Source: Chloroflexota bacterium
GTDB lineage: Bacteria > Chloroflexota > Chloroflexia > Chloroflexales > Roseiflexaceae
DNA: 64,000 nucleotides
Assembly: GCA_046051665.1 (NCBI GenBank)
Contig: JBJONV010000034.1
Location: 6,427-70,426 of the forward strand
Direction: 5' to 3'
In this document: piece by piece, positions 27,689 to 37,855 of the stretch
Position numbering within the stretch: position 1 is the stretch's first letter
Layout of the letters: each line of letters starts with the position of its first letter
Translations under genes and position numbers: made by a program
Notes under the pieces: model-generated
Seen by the model: the letters and a program-made list of their open reading frames with translations, nothing else
What the model was told of the DNA's origin: nothing
Database searches by the model: none

Positions 27689-28570
27689 TTATTTCCCTGC
27701 GACAAGGCTTTGCAGCCAGCTTTCGAATTGCAATGAATACTCCGACAACGACGATTGTCGCGTCCACTCACCAATGGTTGCCAGATTGCCGGTCGCAAGC
27801 AAAATCCCCATGGCAACCAGCAGTGCGCCGCTGGCCATGCTGGTCGTATGGAGCATCAGTTCTTTGCCACCGACGGTGACGAAATACGCTTTTCCCTTTA
27901 TGATCTGCCAGAACCGCGATCCGCTCCCCAACCGACTAAAAAACGTCGAGATCACAATCAACGGCGTCCCCAAACCCAACGCATAGATGAACGCCAAAAG
28001 TGCACCTTGGGCGACGGCGATACCTTGTGTGGCCAACATCGTCAGTAGTGCACCGAGGATGGGACCGACACAGGCAGACCAGCCGAGCGAAAACGTCGCG
28101 CCGTAGAGGAACGATCCGAGAATGCCGCCGACGGGGCGTTCGAGGAGTTGAATCCCACTAAAACCAATCCCAAAGAAACTCATCACACCAAACGCGATAA
28201 TCAGAATACCGCCCAGCGATGTCAGCAACGAGAGATAACTAAACAGAAACCGACTTAATGCGGTCGCGCTCGCCCCGAGGATGACAATGGTGGTCGCCAA
28301 TCCGAGGAAGAAAGCAATGGACATCACGGTAACGCGTTCGCGCTTTGCTTGGAACGTAAACGCAAAGTAGGCAGGCAAAATGGGCAGCGTACACGGGGAC
28401 AAAAAGCTGAACAAACCAGCCAAAAAGGTTACCGGAATGAGCACGGCAATTCCATTTTGGGTAGGTACCACCAATGAATCACTCGGCGCGGTAATGAGTA
28501 ACGCGAGCAACGCCAACAACACGACTGCGCCGATACCAATAAATAGGGGACGGAGGGAACGACTGGTCAT
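27689..28570 (-). CDS. ccdA: Cytochrome c biogenesis/thiol-disulfide transporter CcdA (DsbD family)
   Basis: Multi-TM protein with FLSPCTLPILPAY motif. Confidence 0.8.
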   Translation of the reverse strand: MTSRSLRPLFIGIGAVVLLALLALLITAPSDSLVVPTQNGIAVLIPVTFLAGLFSFLSPCTLPILPAYFAFTFQAKRERVTVMSIAFFLGLATTIVILGASATALSRFLFSYLSLLTSLGGILIIAFGVMSFFGIGFSGIQLLERPVGGILGSFLYGATFSLGWSACVGPILGALLTMLATQGIAVAQGALLAFIYALGLGTPLIVISTFFSRLGSGSRFWQIIKGKAYFVTVGGKELMLHTTSMASGALLVAMGILLATGNLATIGEWTRQSSLSEYSLQFESWLQSLVAGK

Positions 28571-29619
28571 AAGGATGCTCCTGCGTGGGCAGCGATGCGC
28601 TGTGCGACTGATTCACCGTGTGTGATTGCCAATTGAATGCGACCGATGCCGGTATGCGCATCACCTGCAAAGTAGAGTCCATGCGACTGTTCGTAGGCTT
28701 GGCAGACGGTCGCATCGGCACGACCGTAGGGTAATGCATAGCGCCAGCCCTGTCGATCGGACCAGAGCGGTGCCGGCAATTGATGACCCGTTAGCGCACG
28801 TACCCAACCATCGACGGTTGCACCAAGCGCATCCGAATCGTCGTTCCAGACATCACGGCTGGCTTGAGGCGCGAGTTGTGCGGTGAGGAGTGTATGGCCG
28901 GCGGGGACGCGCGATGCGTGTTTGGCGTGTTCGACCGCCAGCCACGATATGGGGTGCGCCCGATCGTTGTTGACGAGTGCATAGTAGTCGGAGTCAAACA
29001 CGCCCGCATAAAGCAACGAAACACTGATGCATGGTCGATAGGTGGCTGGCGTCAGAGCATTAATTAATTGATTCTTTACGGATTCGTCAATGGTACTCGC
29101 TTGTAACAATTCGATGGTTTGTGGTGCGGGCGGGGTAAACACAATCGCATCGGCGGTATCGATGGGAATTCCTTCGTCAGAATAGATGGTGTAGCCGGTG
29201 CGCTCTGCTTCGATGCGCTGGATGCGTGTTTGTAATGAAAGGGTCATCGAAGGCGTGCGCAGCAGTTTCGCGAGGGTACTGATCCCGTCACGGTACACAA
29301 ACTTGGCCTCGTTGTTTTGTGCAGAATCACCGATTGTGATGCGGTTTGTAGCGTCGAAGGTATGGACCGGTTTGGCGATGTCGATGAGCGTATCGTGCGG
29401 CAGTTCCTCGGTAAAGAAGCGTTTTTGGTCGGCATCAATAGGGCGAAAAAACTGGGCACCATGGTCAAACGTAACACCATCGCGACGCCGGGTGGCAACA
29501 CGACCACCGAGACCGCGGCTCTTTTCGACCATGTGGATGCTAATGGAAGGGGCGATGGTTGCAAGGGTCCGGGCGACCGCGAGACCACTCAGGCCCGCAC
29601 CTACTACGATAAGTCGCAT
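28567..29619 (-). CDS. FAD/NAD(P)-dependent oxidoreductase (amine-oxidase-like)
   Basis: N-terminal dinucleotide fold MRLIVVGAGLSGLAVAR. ATGA overlap with ccdA. Confidence 0.75.
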   Translation of the reverse strand: MRLIVVGAGLSGLAVARTLATIAPSISIHMVEKSRGLGGRVATRRRDGVTFDHGAQFFRPIDADQKRFFTEELPHDTLIDIAKPVHTFDATNRITIGDSAQNNEAKFVYRDGISTLAKLLRTPSMTLSLQTRIQRIEAERTGYTIYSDEGIPIDTADAIVFTPPAPQTIELLQASTIDESVKNQLINALTPATYRPCISVSLLYAGVFDSDYYALVNNDRAHPISWLAVEHAKHASRVPAGHTLLTAQLAPQASRDVWNDDSDALGATVDGWVRALTGHQLPAPLWSDRQGWRYALPYGRADATVCQAYEQSHGLYFAGDAHTGIGRIQLAITHGESVAQRIAAHAGASL

Positions 29620-29756
29620 AACACCTCTTGCATTATTCTAGTGAACCACATACAATGTTTGTACAGGTCTTCACTAGTTATCTCCAGACTCGGGAAAGTC
29701 AATACTGCAATCTTAAAGGATATTCTATCCTTGATTGATGAACGTGGAGTTTGCGT

Positions 29757-30761
29757 ATGGCGCCTTTGTTAGAGGTCCGCAACCTTGAGACGCAGTTCAA
29801 AACGCAGGACGGCGTAGTCAAGGCAGTGAACAACGTTTCTTTCTACGTGAATCGTAGCGAGACGCTGGGCATCGTCGGTGAGTCGGGCTCAGGGAAGAGT
29901 GTGACGTCACTATCAGTGATGCGCCTGATTCCAAACCCTCCCGGGCGTATTTCGGGTGGGGAAGTGGTATTTGATGGTCAGGACATTCTCAAGCTCAGCG
30001 AAGAAAAAATGCGCGAACTTCGGGGCAACCGAATCGCCATGATCTTCCAAGATCCGATGACGTCGTTGAACCCGGTGTTGAACATCGGTCAGCAAATCAC
30101 CGAATCGCTGATCTTGCACCTCAAGTTGTCGGCTCGCGAAGCACGTGATCGTGCCATCGAGTTGCTCAACATGGTGGGCATTCCCGGGGCAGCCAAACGT
30201 ATCGACGAATACCCGCATCAATTTTCGGGCGGGATGCGTCAGCGCGTGATGATTGCCATGGCGTTGGCCTGTAACCCCGAATTGCTGATTGCTGACGAGC
30301 CAACCACCGCGTTGGACGTGACCATTCAGGCTCAGATTCTCGAGCTGATCAAGCGCTTGCAGTCTGAGTTGGGGATGGCCGTTATCATCATCACCCACGA
30401 CCTGGGTGTGGTCGCCGGTATGGCTGACCGCGTGATGGTGATGTATGCCGGGCGTGTCGTCGAAGAAGGCACCACGCACGATATCTTCAACAATCCACGC
30501 ATGCCGTACACCATTGGCTTGCTCAAGTCTATCCCACGGTTGGACGATGCACTCGATCGTCGCTTAGAGCCCATCCGGGGCATGCCACCCGACTTGATTA
30601 CCTTGGGTGCTGTGTGTGCCTTCGGTGCACGCTGTGATTACTTCAAAGCGGGTGTCTGTGATGCACAAGTACCGGCGCTCCGCAGTGTGGGTGCCAATCA
30701 CAACGCCGCATGTTTGTTCGATATCACAAGTGAAACACCAACGAACGCAGTCGCCTCATAA
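29757..30761 (+). CDS. Oligopeptide/dipeptide ABC transporter ATP-binding protein (OppD/DppD-like)
   Basis: Walker A GESGSGKS, signature FSGGMRQR, Walker B LLIADEPTTALD, Cys-rich C-terminal extension. ATG 29757 follows GGAG at 29746-29749. Confidence 0.85.
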   Translation: MAPLLEVRNLETQFKTQDGVVKAVNNVSFYVNRSETLGIVGESGSGKSVTSLSVMRLIPNPPGRISGGEVVFDGQDILKLSEEKMRELRGNRIAMIFQDPMTSLNPVLNIGQQITESLILHLKLSAREARDRAIELLNMVGIPGAAKRIDEYPHQFSGGMRQRVMIAMALACNPELLIADEPTTALDVTIQAQILELIKRLQSELGMAVIIITHDLGVVAGMADRVMVMYAGRVVEEGTTHDIFNNPRMPYTIGLLKSIPRLDDALDRRLEPIRGMPPDLITLGAVCAFGARCDYFKAGVCDAQVPALRSVGANHNAACLFDITSETPTNAVAS

Positions 30762-30795
30762 GCAACGTCGCTCTACACGGCACGGAGGGTAACGC

Positions 30796-31821
30796 ATGAC
30801 AAATCACGCTATCTCAGAAACACTCATAGATGTCAAAGACCTCAAGATGTACTTCCCCGTTACCAAGGGTGTTGTACTCCGTCGTAAGGTCGGCGATGTC
30901 AAAGCAGTCGATGGTCTGACTTTTTCGATTCGCCAAGGCGAAACGCTGGGGCTGGTCGGCGAGTCGGGTTGTGGCAAATCCACCACCGGTCGCGCACTCA
31001 TCCAGCTCTACAAACCAACCACCGGCGAAGTCATCTTCCATGGCACAGACCTGACCAAGCTGTCACACGAACAGATGCGTCAGATGCGCCGCAAGGTACA
31101 GATGATCTTCCAAGATCCATACGCATCCCTCAATCCACGTATGACGGTCGGCGACATCATCGCCGAGCCCATCATGGTGCACGGTCTGCGCAAGGGCAAA
31201 GAAGCGGTACGCGAGCGCGTCCAAGAATTGTTGAAGTTGGTCGGTTTGAACCCCTACTTCATCAACCGCTACCCACACGAGTTCTCGGGTGGTCAGCGCC
31301 AGCGCATCGGCATCGCACGTGCGTTGGCCGTCGAGCCAGAGTTCGTCGTGTGTGACGAGCCGGTGTCGGCTTTGGACGTATCGATTCAGGCCCAGATTTT
31401 GAATCTGCTCGAAGACTTGCAGAATCAGCTTGGGTTGACGTATTTGTTCATCGCCCACGGTTTGGCAGCGGTCAAGCACATCAGCGATCGCGTCGCGGTT
31501 ATGTACCTCGGCAAAATCGTCGAAATCGCCGATGGTCCGCAGCTGTACCTCGCCCCGACCCACCCATACACCCAGGCGTTGTTGTCTGCGGTGCCGATCC
31601 CCGATCCCGAAAAGGAACGGTCGCGTGCCCGCATCATCCTGACCGGTGATGTGCCGAGTCCACTCAACCCACCATCGGGGTGCCGCTTCCATACGCGCTG
31701 CCCAATTGCAACCGATCACTGCAAGCAGGTCGAACCAGAGCTTACTGACATCGGCGGCGGACACATGGTGTCGTGCCATCGCTCCAGCGAAGCAATCGCC
31801 CTGATGGCAGTCGACAAGTAA
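30796..31821 (+). CDS. Oligopeptide/dipeptide ABC transporter ATP-binding protein (OppF/DppF-like)
   Basis: Walker [10 protein letters not shown], signature FSGGQRQR, Walker [13 protein letters not shown], Cys-rich C-terminus ([14 protein letters not shown]). Confidence 0.85.
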   Translation: MTNHAISETLIDVKDLKMYFPVTKGVVLRRKVGDVKAVDGLTFSIRQGETLGLVGESGCGKSTTGRALIQLYKPTTGEVIFHGTDLTKLSHEQMRQMRRKVQMIFQDPYASLNPRMTVGDIIAEPIMVHGLRKGKEAVRERVQELLKLVGLNPYFINRYPHEFSGGQRQRIGIARALAVEPEFVVCDEPVSALDVSIQAQILNLLEDLQNQLGLTYLFIAHGLAAVKHISDRVAVMYLGKIVEIADGPQLYLAPTHPYTQALLSAVPIPDPEKERSRARIILTGDVPSPLNPPSGCRFHTRCPIATDHCKQVEPELTDIGGGHMVSCHRSSEAIALMAVDK

Positions 31822-31836
31822 ATCCATACCCGGTGA

Positions 31837-31869
31837 CCGGAGCTTTCGTCAGAAAGCTCCGGTTTTTTA
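31837..31869 (+). terminator. Rho-independent terminator after the oppF-like gene
   Basis: Stem CCGGAGCTTT/AAAGCTCCGG with a 6-nt loop, followed by TTTTTTAT. Confidence 0.8.
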
Positions 31870-32071
31870 TTGCATAAAAGCCAGAACCATGCAATCACAC
31901 CAATACCAAATCGTCGCAACCCCGCGTAGGGGTGGTACCAGCGATATGCATGTGTCGCAGAAAAAACAGCATCCACGGCTGGGAACCGGGTACAAACCGC
32001 GTATTGAGAATGATATTCAGTAAAAACCAGAGAAGACGATATAATGACAACGCAGAGAAGGAAAAACCCGA

Positions 32072-34231
32072 ATGGACATGTTGCAGAGTATTCGCGCAAT
32101 CGAGGGTGTCGCTGGGGCGCGTATGCGAGAAGACGGCAACGGTGTGGTGGTGTTGTGCCGCAAAGACACCGATCGACACGCCTTGCGCGACATCTGTGAT
32201 GCCAATAATATGGCACTGGTAATCGAATCCGTCGAGGTCGAAATATCGCCCGAAGAAGCCGAAATCGCCGATTTGCCGCGGATGATTCGATTCACCATTA
32301 TCTGCTTGATAGCGACAGTCCTCGGCTATGTGGTCAAATATGTCGTCGGCGAGGATGCCACACTGTACTGGTGGCCATTCTTCATCGTCGCGATGATTTT
32401 TGGCGGCTACGATAGCGCCATCGAGTCTTTTCATTCGTTCCGTAAACTCGAATTCAATATTGATGCACTGATGTTTATTGGTGCGATCGGTGCAACCGCT
32501 GTCGGCCAGCCCGCCGAAGGCGCGTTGTTGATGTTTTTGTTTAGTATGGCTGGGACGCTCGAGACATATGCGATGGGGCGGACCCATGCGTCGATCCGGA
32601 CGTTGATTGCCATGTCGCCCCGCGAAGCCGAGGTGATAGACGCCAACGGGACGCGGACGATATCGGTCGAAGCACTGGTCCCTGGTGATATCGTTTTTGT
32701 GCGTCCTGGTGCGCAAATACCTGCCGATGGATTGGTCACCGTGGGGAGCTCTTCGGTCAACGAAGCTTCGATTACCGGCGAGGCGGTGCCGGTCGACAAA
32801 AAACCAGGTGCCAAGGCATTCGCTGGCACTATGAACGGCGAAGGTGCGCTCCACATCCAAGTGACGACCGATGCATCGCAGTCGACATTGGCGCGTATCG
32901 TGAGTGTCGTCCGTGAAGCACGTGAACAAAAAGCCCAGAGTCAGGATTTTACGGATCGCATTATCGGTAATTACTACGCCAAAGCAGTGGCGATTACGTC
33001 GCTGCTGGCGATTGTCGTCGGCCGGTTAGTGACCGACGAGCCATGGGGCGAGACCATTTATCGCGCAATGACATTGCTGGTCGTCATGTCGCCGTGTGCA
33101 CTGGTCATCTCGATCCCGGCATCGTTGTTATCGGCGCTGGCACATTCTGCCCGCAATGGGGTGTTGTTCAAGGGTGGCAAACAACTCGAAGCAGCGGCGA
33201 CGATAAAGGTTGTCGCTTTTGATAAAACGGGTACGTTGACCACGGGCCGGCCGGGGGTCGTATCGGTCATTCCGGTGGGCGGGCCTGGTCGCATTACGCT
33301 CGATTTGCCGCAACAACCACGCTCGATTGGTGCAGATGACGCCCTTCAGGATATGACCGAGGATCAGATTCGCTTGCTGGTGGCTGCCGCAGCGGTAGAG
33401 CATGCGTCAGAGCACCCATTGGCGAAGGCAATTGTGCTGGGAGCAAAAGAGCGCGGCTTGGTCATCCCCGAAGCGACTGAGTTCAAAGCAGTAGTCGCAG
33501 CCGGTGCGACAGCAATGGTGAATGGGCAGCGCTTGCGGGTCGGCAAACCATCACTGTTCGGCCATGTGACTTCGGATATTTTGTTCGAAATAGAAGCCGA
33601 GCAGCGCCGTGGGAATACGACCATCGCCGTCGGCTCCGAAGATGATATCTGGGGGTTGATTACCATCGCCGATACCGTGCGCCCAGAATCACAAGCTGCC
33701 CTGAAGGAATTGCACGCGGCGGGCTACCGCGTCGCGTTATTGACCGGTGATAATCAGCATGTCGCCAATGCACTGGCCAAAGAACTCGGTCTGGACGATG
33801 TACGTGCCGAGTTATTGCCGCAGGATAAAGTCGAGGCGATTCGTGATTTGCAGCGAAAATACGGTCCGGTGGCCATGATTGGTGACGGGATTAACGACGC
33901 GCCTGCCCTGGCGACGGCTGATCTGGGTATATCGATGGGCTCGGCGGGTTCGGATGTGGCGCACGAAAGCTCGGATGTCGTGTTGATGAAGGACGATTTG
34001 AGTCGCTTGGCTGGTGCGTTGGAGCTGGCCAAACAAGCGCGTCGTGTGATTTGGCAGAATCTGATTTTTGCCTTTGTGGTGATTGCGGTGTTGGTGGTTT
34101 CGACATTGACACCGTCGTTCGCCATGAAGATGACATACGGGGTGATAGGCCACGAAGGCAGCACCTTGCTCGTGGTTGCGAACGGGTTGCGATTGTTGTT
34201 GCCGACGCGCGCGGCAAAGCGTGCGGCGTAG
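32072..34231 (+). CDS. P1B-4-type heavy-metal-translocating P-type ATPase
   Basis: DKTGTLT, GDGINDAP, transmembrane SPC motif (VVMSPCALV) and HEGST (GHEGSTLLVV). The N-terminal domain has no CxxC. Confidence 0.9.
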   Translation: MDMLQSIRAIEGVAGARMREDGNGVVVLCRKDTDRHALRDICDANNMALVIESVEVEISPEEAEIADLPRMIRFTIICLIATVLGYVVKYVVGEDATLYWWPFFIVAMIFGGYDSAIESFHSFRKLEFNIDALMFIGAIGATAVGQPAEGALLMFLFSMAGTLETYAMGRTHASIRTLIAMSPREAEVIDANGTRTISVEALVPGDIVFVRPGAQIPADGLVTVGSSSVNEASITGEAVPVDKKPGAKAFAGTMNGEGALHIQVTTDASQSTLARIVSVVREAREQKAQSQDFTDRIIGNYYAKAVAITSLLAIVVGRLVTDEPWGETIYRAMTLLVVMSPCALVISIPASLLSALAHSARNGVLFKGGKQLEAAATIKVVAFDKTGTLTTGRPGVVSVIPVGGPGRITLDLPQQPRSIGADDALQDMTEDQIRLLVAAAAVEHASEHPLAKAIVLGAKERGLVIPEATEFKAVVAAGATAMVNGQRLRVGKPSLFGHVTSDILFEIEAEQRRGNTTIAVGSEDDIWGLITIADTVRPESQAALKELHAAGYRVALLTGDNQHVANALAKELGLDDVRAELLPQDKVEAIRDLQRKYGPVAMIGDGINDAPALATADLGISMGSAGSDVAHESSDVVLMKDDLSRLAGALELAKQARRVIWQNLIFAFVVIAVLVVSTLTPSFAMKMTYGVIGHEGSTLLVVANGLRLLLPTRAAKRAA

Positions 34232-34252
34232 GATTTGCAGAGGGAGTGTGCG

Positions 34253-34828
34253 ATGACGATTAAATCTGACCGGTGGATTCGGAAAATGGCCGAAGAGCAC
34301 GGCATGATCGAGCCGTTTGTAGGCAAGCAACAGCGCGGCGGCGTGATTTCGTACGGATTGTCGTCGTACGGGTACGACATGCGTGTGTCTGACGAATTCA
34401 AAATCTTTTCGACCAGCCCATACAACACCGTGGTCGATCCCAAGAACATCGACGAGCGCATTTTTCAACACTTCAAAGGTGATGTCTGTATCATTCCGCC
34501 GAATAGCTATGCGCTGTGCCATTCGCTCGAATACTTCCGCTTACCATCGGATGTGTTGGTGCTTGTCATCGGCAAATCGACGTATGCGCGTGCCGGGATT
34601 ATTGTGAATGTGACCCCAGGCGAACCGGGTTGGGAGGGGCAGTGGACCATCGAAATCAGCAATTCTACGCCGCTCCCCGCAAAAATCTATGCGAATGAAG
34701 GCATTGCGCAGTGCTTGTTCTTCCAAGGGGATGAGGTTGCCGAGACGTCCTACAAGGATAAATCGGGCAAATACATGGGGCAACGTGGTATTGTTTTGCC
34801 TCGTGTCGAGGGGCTCCAGAAACCGTAA
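34253..34828 (+). CDS. dcd: dCTP deaminase
   Basis: Begins [22 protein letters not shown]...[17 protein letters not shown] 34253 follows GGGAG. Confidence 0.9.
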   Translation: MTIKSDRWIRKMAEEHGMIEPFVGKQQRGGVISYGLSSYGYDMRVSDEFKIFSTSPYNTVVDPKNIDERIFQHFKGDVCIIPPNSYALCHSLEYFRLPSDVLVLVIGKSTYARAGIIVNVTPGEPGWEGQWTIEISNSTPLPAKIYANEGIAQCLFFQGDEVAETSYKDKSGKYMGQRGIVLPRVEGLQKP

Positions 34829-34930
34829 AATTTCACATTCGTTTTACGAATATGAGAGATTCGCATATAATGCGTGTGTACCCGTGTGTTCCGCACGTGA
34901 TACACCGTTTGTGCGAGGAAGTGAACTGTC

Positions 34931-35740
34931 ATGAGTGAGCTAGGTGATCGGCTCCGTGCGTCGCGAGAATCCCAAGGGATTAGTCTGGCGCAGGCAGCGG
35001 CCGAAACACGCATCCTTCAACGCTATTTGGTAGCGCTCGAAGAAGGTGATTACAAATATCTGCCCGGCGACGTCTACGCACGTGGCTTTATTCGTAATTA
35101 TGCCCTCTACCTCAAAATCCCCGTTGAAGAACTCATTCAACTCTACCGCTATGAGCGCGGTCGGACCGAACCGATTGTGATTCGGCCAGCGGTGGTTGCA
35201 CCACGCATCCGTGGCGCAATGTTGCCCAACTTCTTCGGCATGTTTTTTGTGATGCTGTGTATCGTCGGATTCATCTGGCTGATCCTGCGCGTGACCGAAT
35301 TCATGAACCTCGGTTCTTCACCCATCGAATCCATTACCAGTGAAGCGACACCGACCATCGCTGTGGTAGCTCCGACGGCGATTACCGAGCCGACGGTCGC
35401 TCCTGCGGAAGCAACGGCTGTACCGAACCCGAATACTGCAGCAACAGCCACTCCAGTGCCTGCAATGGCTCCGACGGCGACGCCAGAGGCACCTATTGTG
35501 ATGGTGGTCAAGGTCGATGCAGGCAAAAACCCTGGATCGTGGTTGAATGTCAAAATCGACAATAAATCGGTCTTCCAGAAAGTCCTCAAACCCGGCGAAT
35601 CACTGCGTTACACCGCGCAACGAAGCGTATGGATACGTGCGGGTAATGCATATGTGGTCACCGTCAATATCAATGGTGTCGAACAACGTTTGAGTAACAC
35701 CCCCGGTGACGTTGTGTCGTTTAGTTGGCCACCACCCTAA
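34931..35740 (+). CDS. rodZ: RodZ-like cytoskeleton protein (HTH, TM helix, DUF4115)
   Basis: XRE-type HTH (LRASRESQGISLAQAAAETRI), YARGFIRNYA motif, one TM helix, an Ala/Pro/Thr linker and a beta-rich C-terminal domain. Confidence 0.65.
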   Translation: MSELGDRLRASRESQGISLAQAAAETRILQRYLVALEEGDYKYLPGDVYARGFIRNYALYLKIPVEELIQLYRYERGRTEPIVIRPAVVAPRIRGAMLPNFFGMFFVMLCIVGFIWLILRVTEFMNLGSSPIESITSEATPTIAVVAPTAITEPTVAPAEATAVPNPNTAATATPVPAMAPTATPEAPIVMVVKVDAGKNPGSWLNVKIDNKSVFQKVLKPGESLRYTAQRSVWIRAGNAYVVTVNINGVEQRLSNTPGDVVSFSWPPP

Positions 35741-35822
35741 GCGGTATGGACACGGAGTGATTGAATATGCGGGTTACGCGGGGACGCACGTTCCCCGCGT
35801 TGGTGTGTAGAAGGAGTATCAC

Positions 35823-36320
35823 ATGGCTGCCGAAAGTAGTTTTGACATTGTGTCTGAATATGACCAGCAAGAGATGGTCAACGCGGTCGATCAGACCAAG
35901 CGCGAAGTACAGACCCGCTATGATTTGAAGGACACCAAAACGGACATCGAATTGTCCGACAAAGAACTCATCATCACCACCGAATCCGAAATGCACATGA
36001 CGGCCATCCGTGACATTTTGCTGAGCAAAGCGATGCGCCGCAACTTGTCGATCAAAGTCTTTAAGATGAATGATGTGCAGGACGTAGCGGGCGGTCGCGT
36101 GAAGCAGGTCATTACCCTCCAAAAAGGCTTGGCTGACGATGTCGCTAAGAAGATTCAGCGCTTCTTGAAGGATAAATTCCCCAAGGTGCAGGGTCGCATT
36201 CAAGGTGAATCGATACGCGTGGGGAGCAAAAGCCGCGACGATTTGCAGTTAGTCATTGCAGCACTCCGTGAGGCTGCGGACGAGTTCCCGGTGGCGTTGC
36301 AGTTTAACAATTATCGCTAA
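35823..36320 (+). CDS. yajQ: YajQ-family nucleotide-binding protein (UPF0234)
   Basis: 165 aa. Begins SFDIVSEYDQQEMVNAVDQTKREVQTRYDLK. GAAGGAG RBS. Confidence 0.85.
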   Translation: MAAESSFDIVSEYDQQEMVNAVDQTKREVQTRYDLKDTKTDIELSDKELIITTESEMHMTAIRDILLSKAMRRNLSIKVFKMNDVQDVAGGRVKQVITLQKGLADDVAKKIQRFLKDKFPKVQGRIQGESIRVGSKSRDDLQLVIAALREAADEFPVALQFNNYR

Positions 36321-36365
36321 TCAACCCGTGCTGGTGCAGAATTTGCGCTCTAGTAGGAACCACTC

Positions 36366-37745
36366 ATGAAGATACATCTGATTACCCTCGGCTGCCCCAA
36401 GAATTCCGTCGACAGCGAGGGGATGACGGGAATCCTACAAGCGCAAGGGCACACCACGGTGGCCGAGGCCGAACAGGCCGATGTCGTCATCGTCAACACC
36501 TGTAGCTTTATCGCCTCGGCCCGCGACGAAACAATCGCCGTCTTGACTGAGATGGGTGGCAAAAAACACGCCGGCCAGAAGCTGATTGCCGCTGGTTGTA
36601 TGGCCGAAAGCCATGGCGATTTGGTCAAAGCCGTCAGCGGCGTGGATGCCATCCTCGGCACGCGTGAGTGGATGCGCATCGGTGAAGTGATTGGTGAGCA
36701 ACCCAAAGCGACACCTGCCAAAAACACCTTCGCCGTGGGTAATTTGATCGACCTCAAACCCGTTGACCCGACAGCTGTTGATCTGAAGGTGCCTGGCGAA
36801 TACGCCGACTGGCGCACGTCACAGATCCAACGGAGTGTCACCGGTCCTTCGGCGTACCTCAAAATTTCGGACGGGTGTAACTTGCGCTGCGCATTTTGCA
36901 CGATTCCTTCATTCAAAGGTGATATGCGCTCCAAGAAGCCCGAAGCAATTCTGGCCGAGGCCAAGCAGTTGATGGAGCGCGGTGTCCAAGAAATCATCCT
37001 GGTCGCGCAACACTTGACCGATTATGGGCGTGATTTGGGCAACAAGGACGGCCTCGCCGACCTGCTCGAACAACTCTGCACGGTGGTGCCCGAGGGTCGC
37101 TGGATTCGATTGATGTACGCATACCCTCACGGCATCACGGCGCGCTTGATCGACGTGATGAAGTCGCACCCACAAATCGTCAAATACCTCGATATGCCGT
37201 TGCAGCATGCAGATCCAGCGACATTGCGGCGTATGCGCCGACCACCCGACATCGAGCGCACCAAAGGCATCATCCGCGATTTGCGCGAGGCAATGCCCGA
37301 GATTGCGATTCGTTCGACGTTCATCGTCGGATTCCCGGGCGAGACGAAGGACGAGTTCCTCAGTCTGACGGAATTCTTGAGCGAGATGACGCTCGACCGT
37401 GTCGGTGTGTTCCGCTATAGCGACGAACCCGGCACGCATGCGACCACCCTCGAGGCCAAGGTGCCGCAGAAGCAAATCGAACGGCGCTGGCACAAGGTGA
37501 TGCAGCTGCAACAAGAAATCTCGACGCAGCGGCAGCAAGCATGGCGTGGCAAGACCGTGCAGATGCTCATCGAAGGCACCGGGAGCGACGATCAGGGCCG
37601 GCCGTTGCTGGTGGGACGTTCGTTCCGCGATGCACCCGAGGTCGATGGTCAGGTGTTTGCCTGGGGCAAAGGCGAGATTGGTACGATACGCAATGTAAAA
37701 ATCACGACCACTACCGAATATGATTTGTGGGGGAATGTACTCTAA
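36366..37745 (+). CDS. rimO: Ribosomal protein S12 methylthiotransferase RimO (radical SAM)
   Basis: N-terminal LITLGCPKNSVDSE, radical-SAM motif CNLRCAFC and a C-terminal TRAM domain. Confidence 0.85.
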   Translation: MKIHLITLGCPKNSVDSEGMTGILQAQGHTTVAEAEQADVVIVNTCSFIASARDETIAVLTEMGGKKHAGQKLIAAGCMAESHGDLVKAVSGVDAILGTREWMRIGEVIGEQPKATPAKNTFAVGNLIDLKPVDPTAVDLKVPGEYADWRTSQIQRSVTGPSAYLKISDGCNLRCAFCTIPSFKGDMRSKKPEAILAEAKQLMERGVQEIILVAQHLTDYGRDLGNKDGLADLLEQLCTVVPEGRWIRLMYAYPHGITARLIDVMKSHPQIVKYLDMPLQHADPATLRRMRRPPDIERTKGIIRDLREAMPEIAIRSTFIVGFPGETKDEFLSLTEFLSEMTLDRVGVFRYSDEPGTHATTLEAKVPQKQIERRWHKVMQLQQEISTQRQQAWRGKTVQMLIEGTGSDDQGRPLLVGRSFRDAPEVDGQVFAWGKGEIGTIRNVKITTTTEYDLWGNVL

Positions 37746-37764
37746 GGCATTCCAGCGTACGAAA

Positions 37765-37798
37765 ACACCATCACGCATACGCGTGATGGTGTTTTTTG
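37765..37798 (+). terminator. Rho-independent terminator after rimO
   Basis: 12-bp stem ACACCATCACGC/GCGTGATGGTGT with loop ATAC, followed by TTTTTGTG. Confidence 0.8.
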
Positions 37799-37821
37799 TG
37801 GGCGGTGATTAAGCGAGCGCA

Positions 37822-37849
37822 GAAAACCCACTCGACAGTGCCGAGTGGG
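37822..37849 (-). terminator. Rho-independent terminator after the BlaI-family gene
   Basis: Stem CCCACTCG/CGAGTGGG (37827-37849), followed on the minus strand by TTTTCTGCG. Confidence 0.6.
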
Positions 37850-37855
37850 TTGTGC

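Noticed and set aside
31870-32071. Possible cobalamin or NiCo riboswitch upstream of the metal ATPase. The segment GGGAACCGGGTACAAACCGCG vaguely resembles the B12-element core.
   Set aside because: I could not find the B12 box (GCCACTG-like) or a convincing multi-stem architecture by eye. It needs Infernal and is kept only as a question inside the ATPase finding.
31895-32929. 344-aa minus-strand ORF, plus the 31716-32216 and 32431-32856 ORFs, lying opposite the P-type ATPase gene.
   Set aside because: These are antisense shadow ORFs of a well-supported gene in G+C-rich DNA. Their composition is Arg/His/Cys/Gly-rich and they carry no recognisable motifs.
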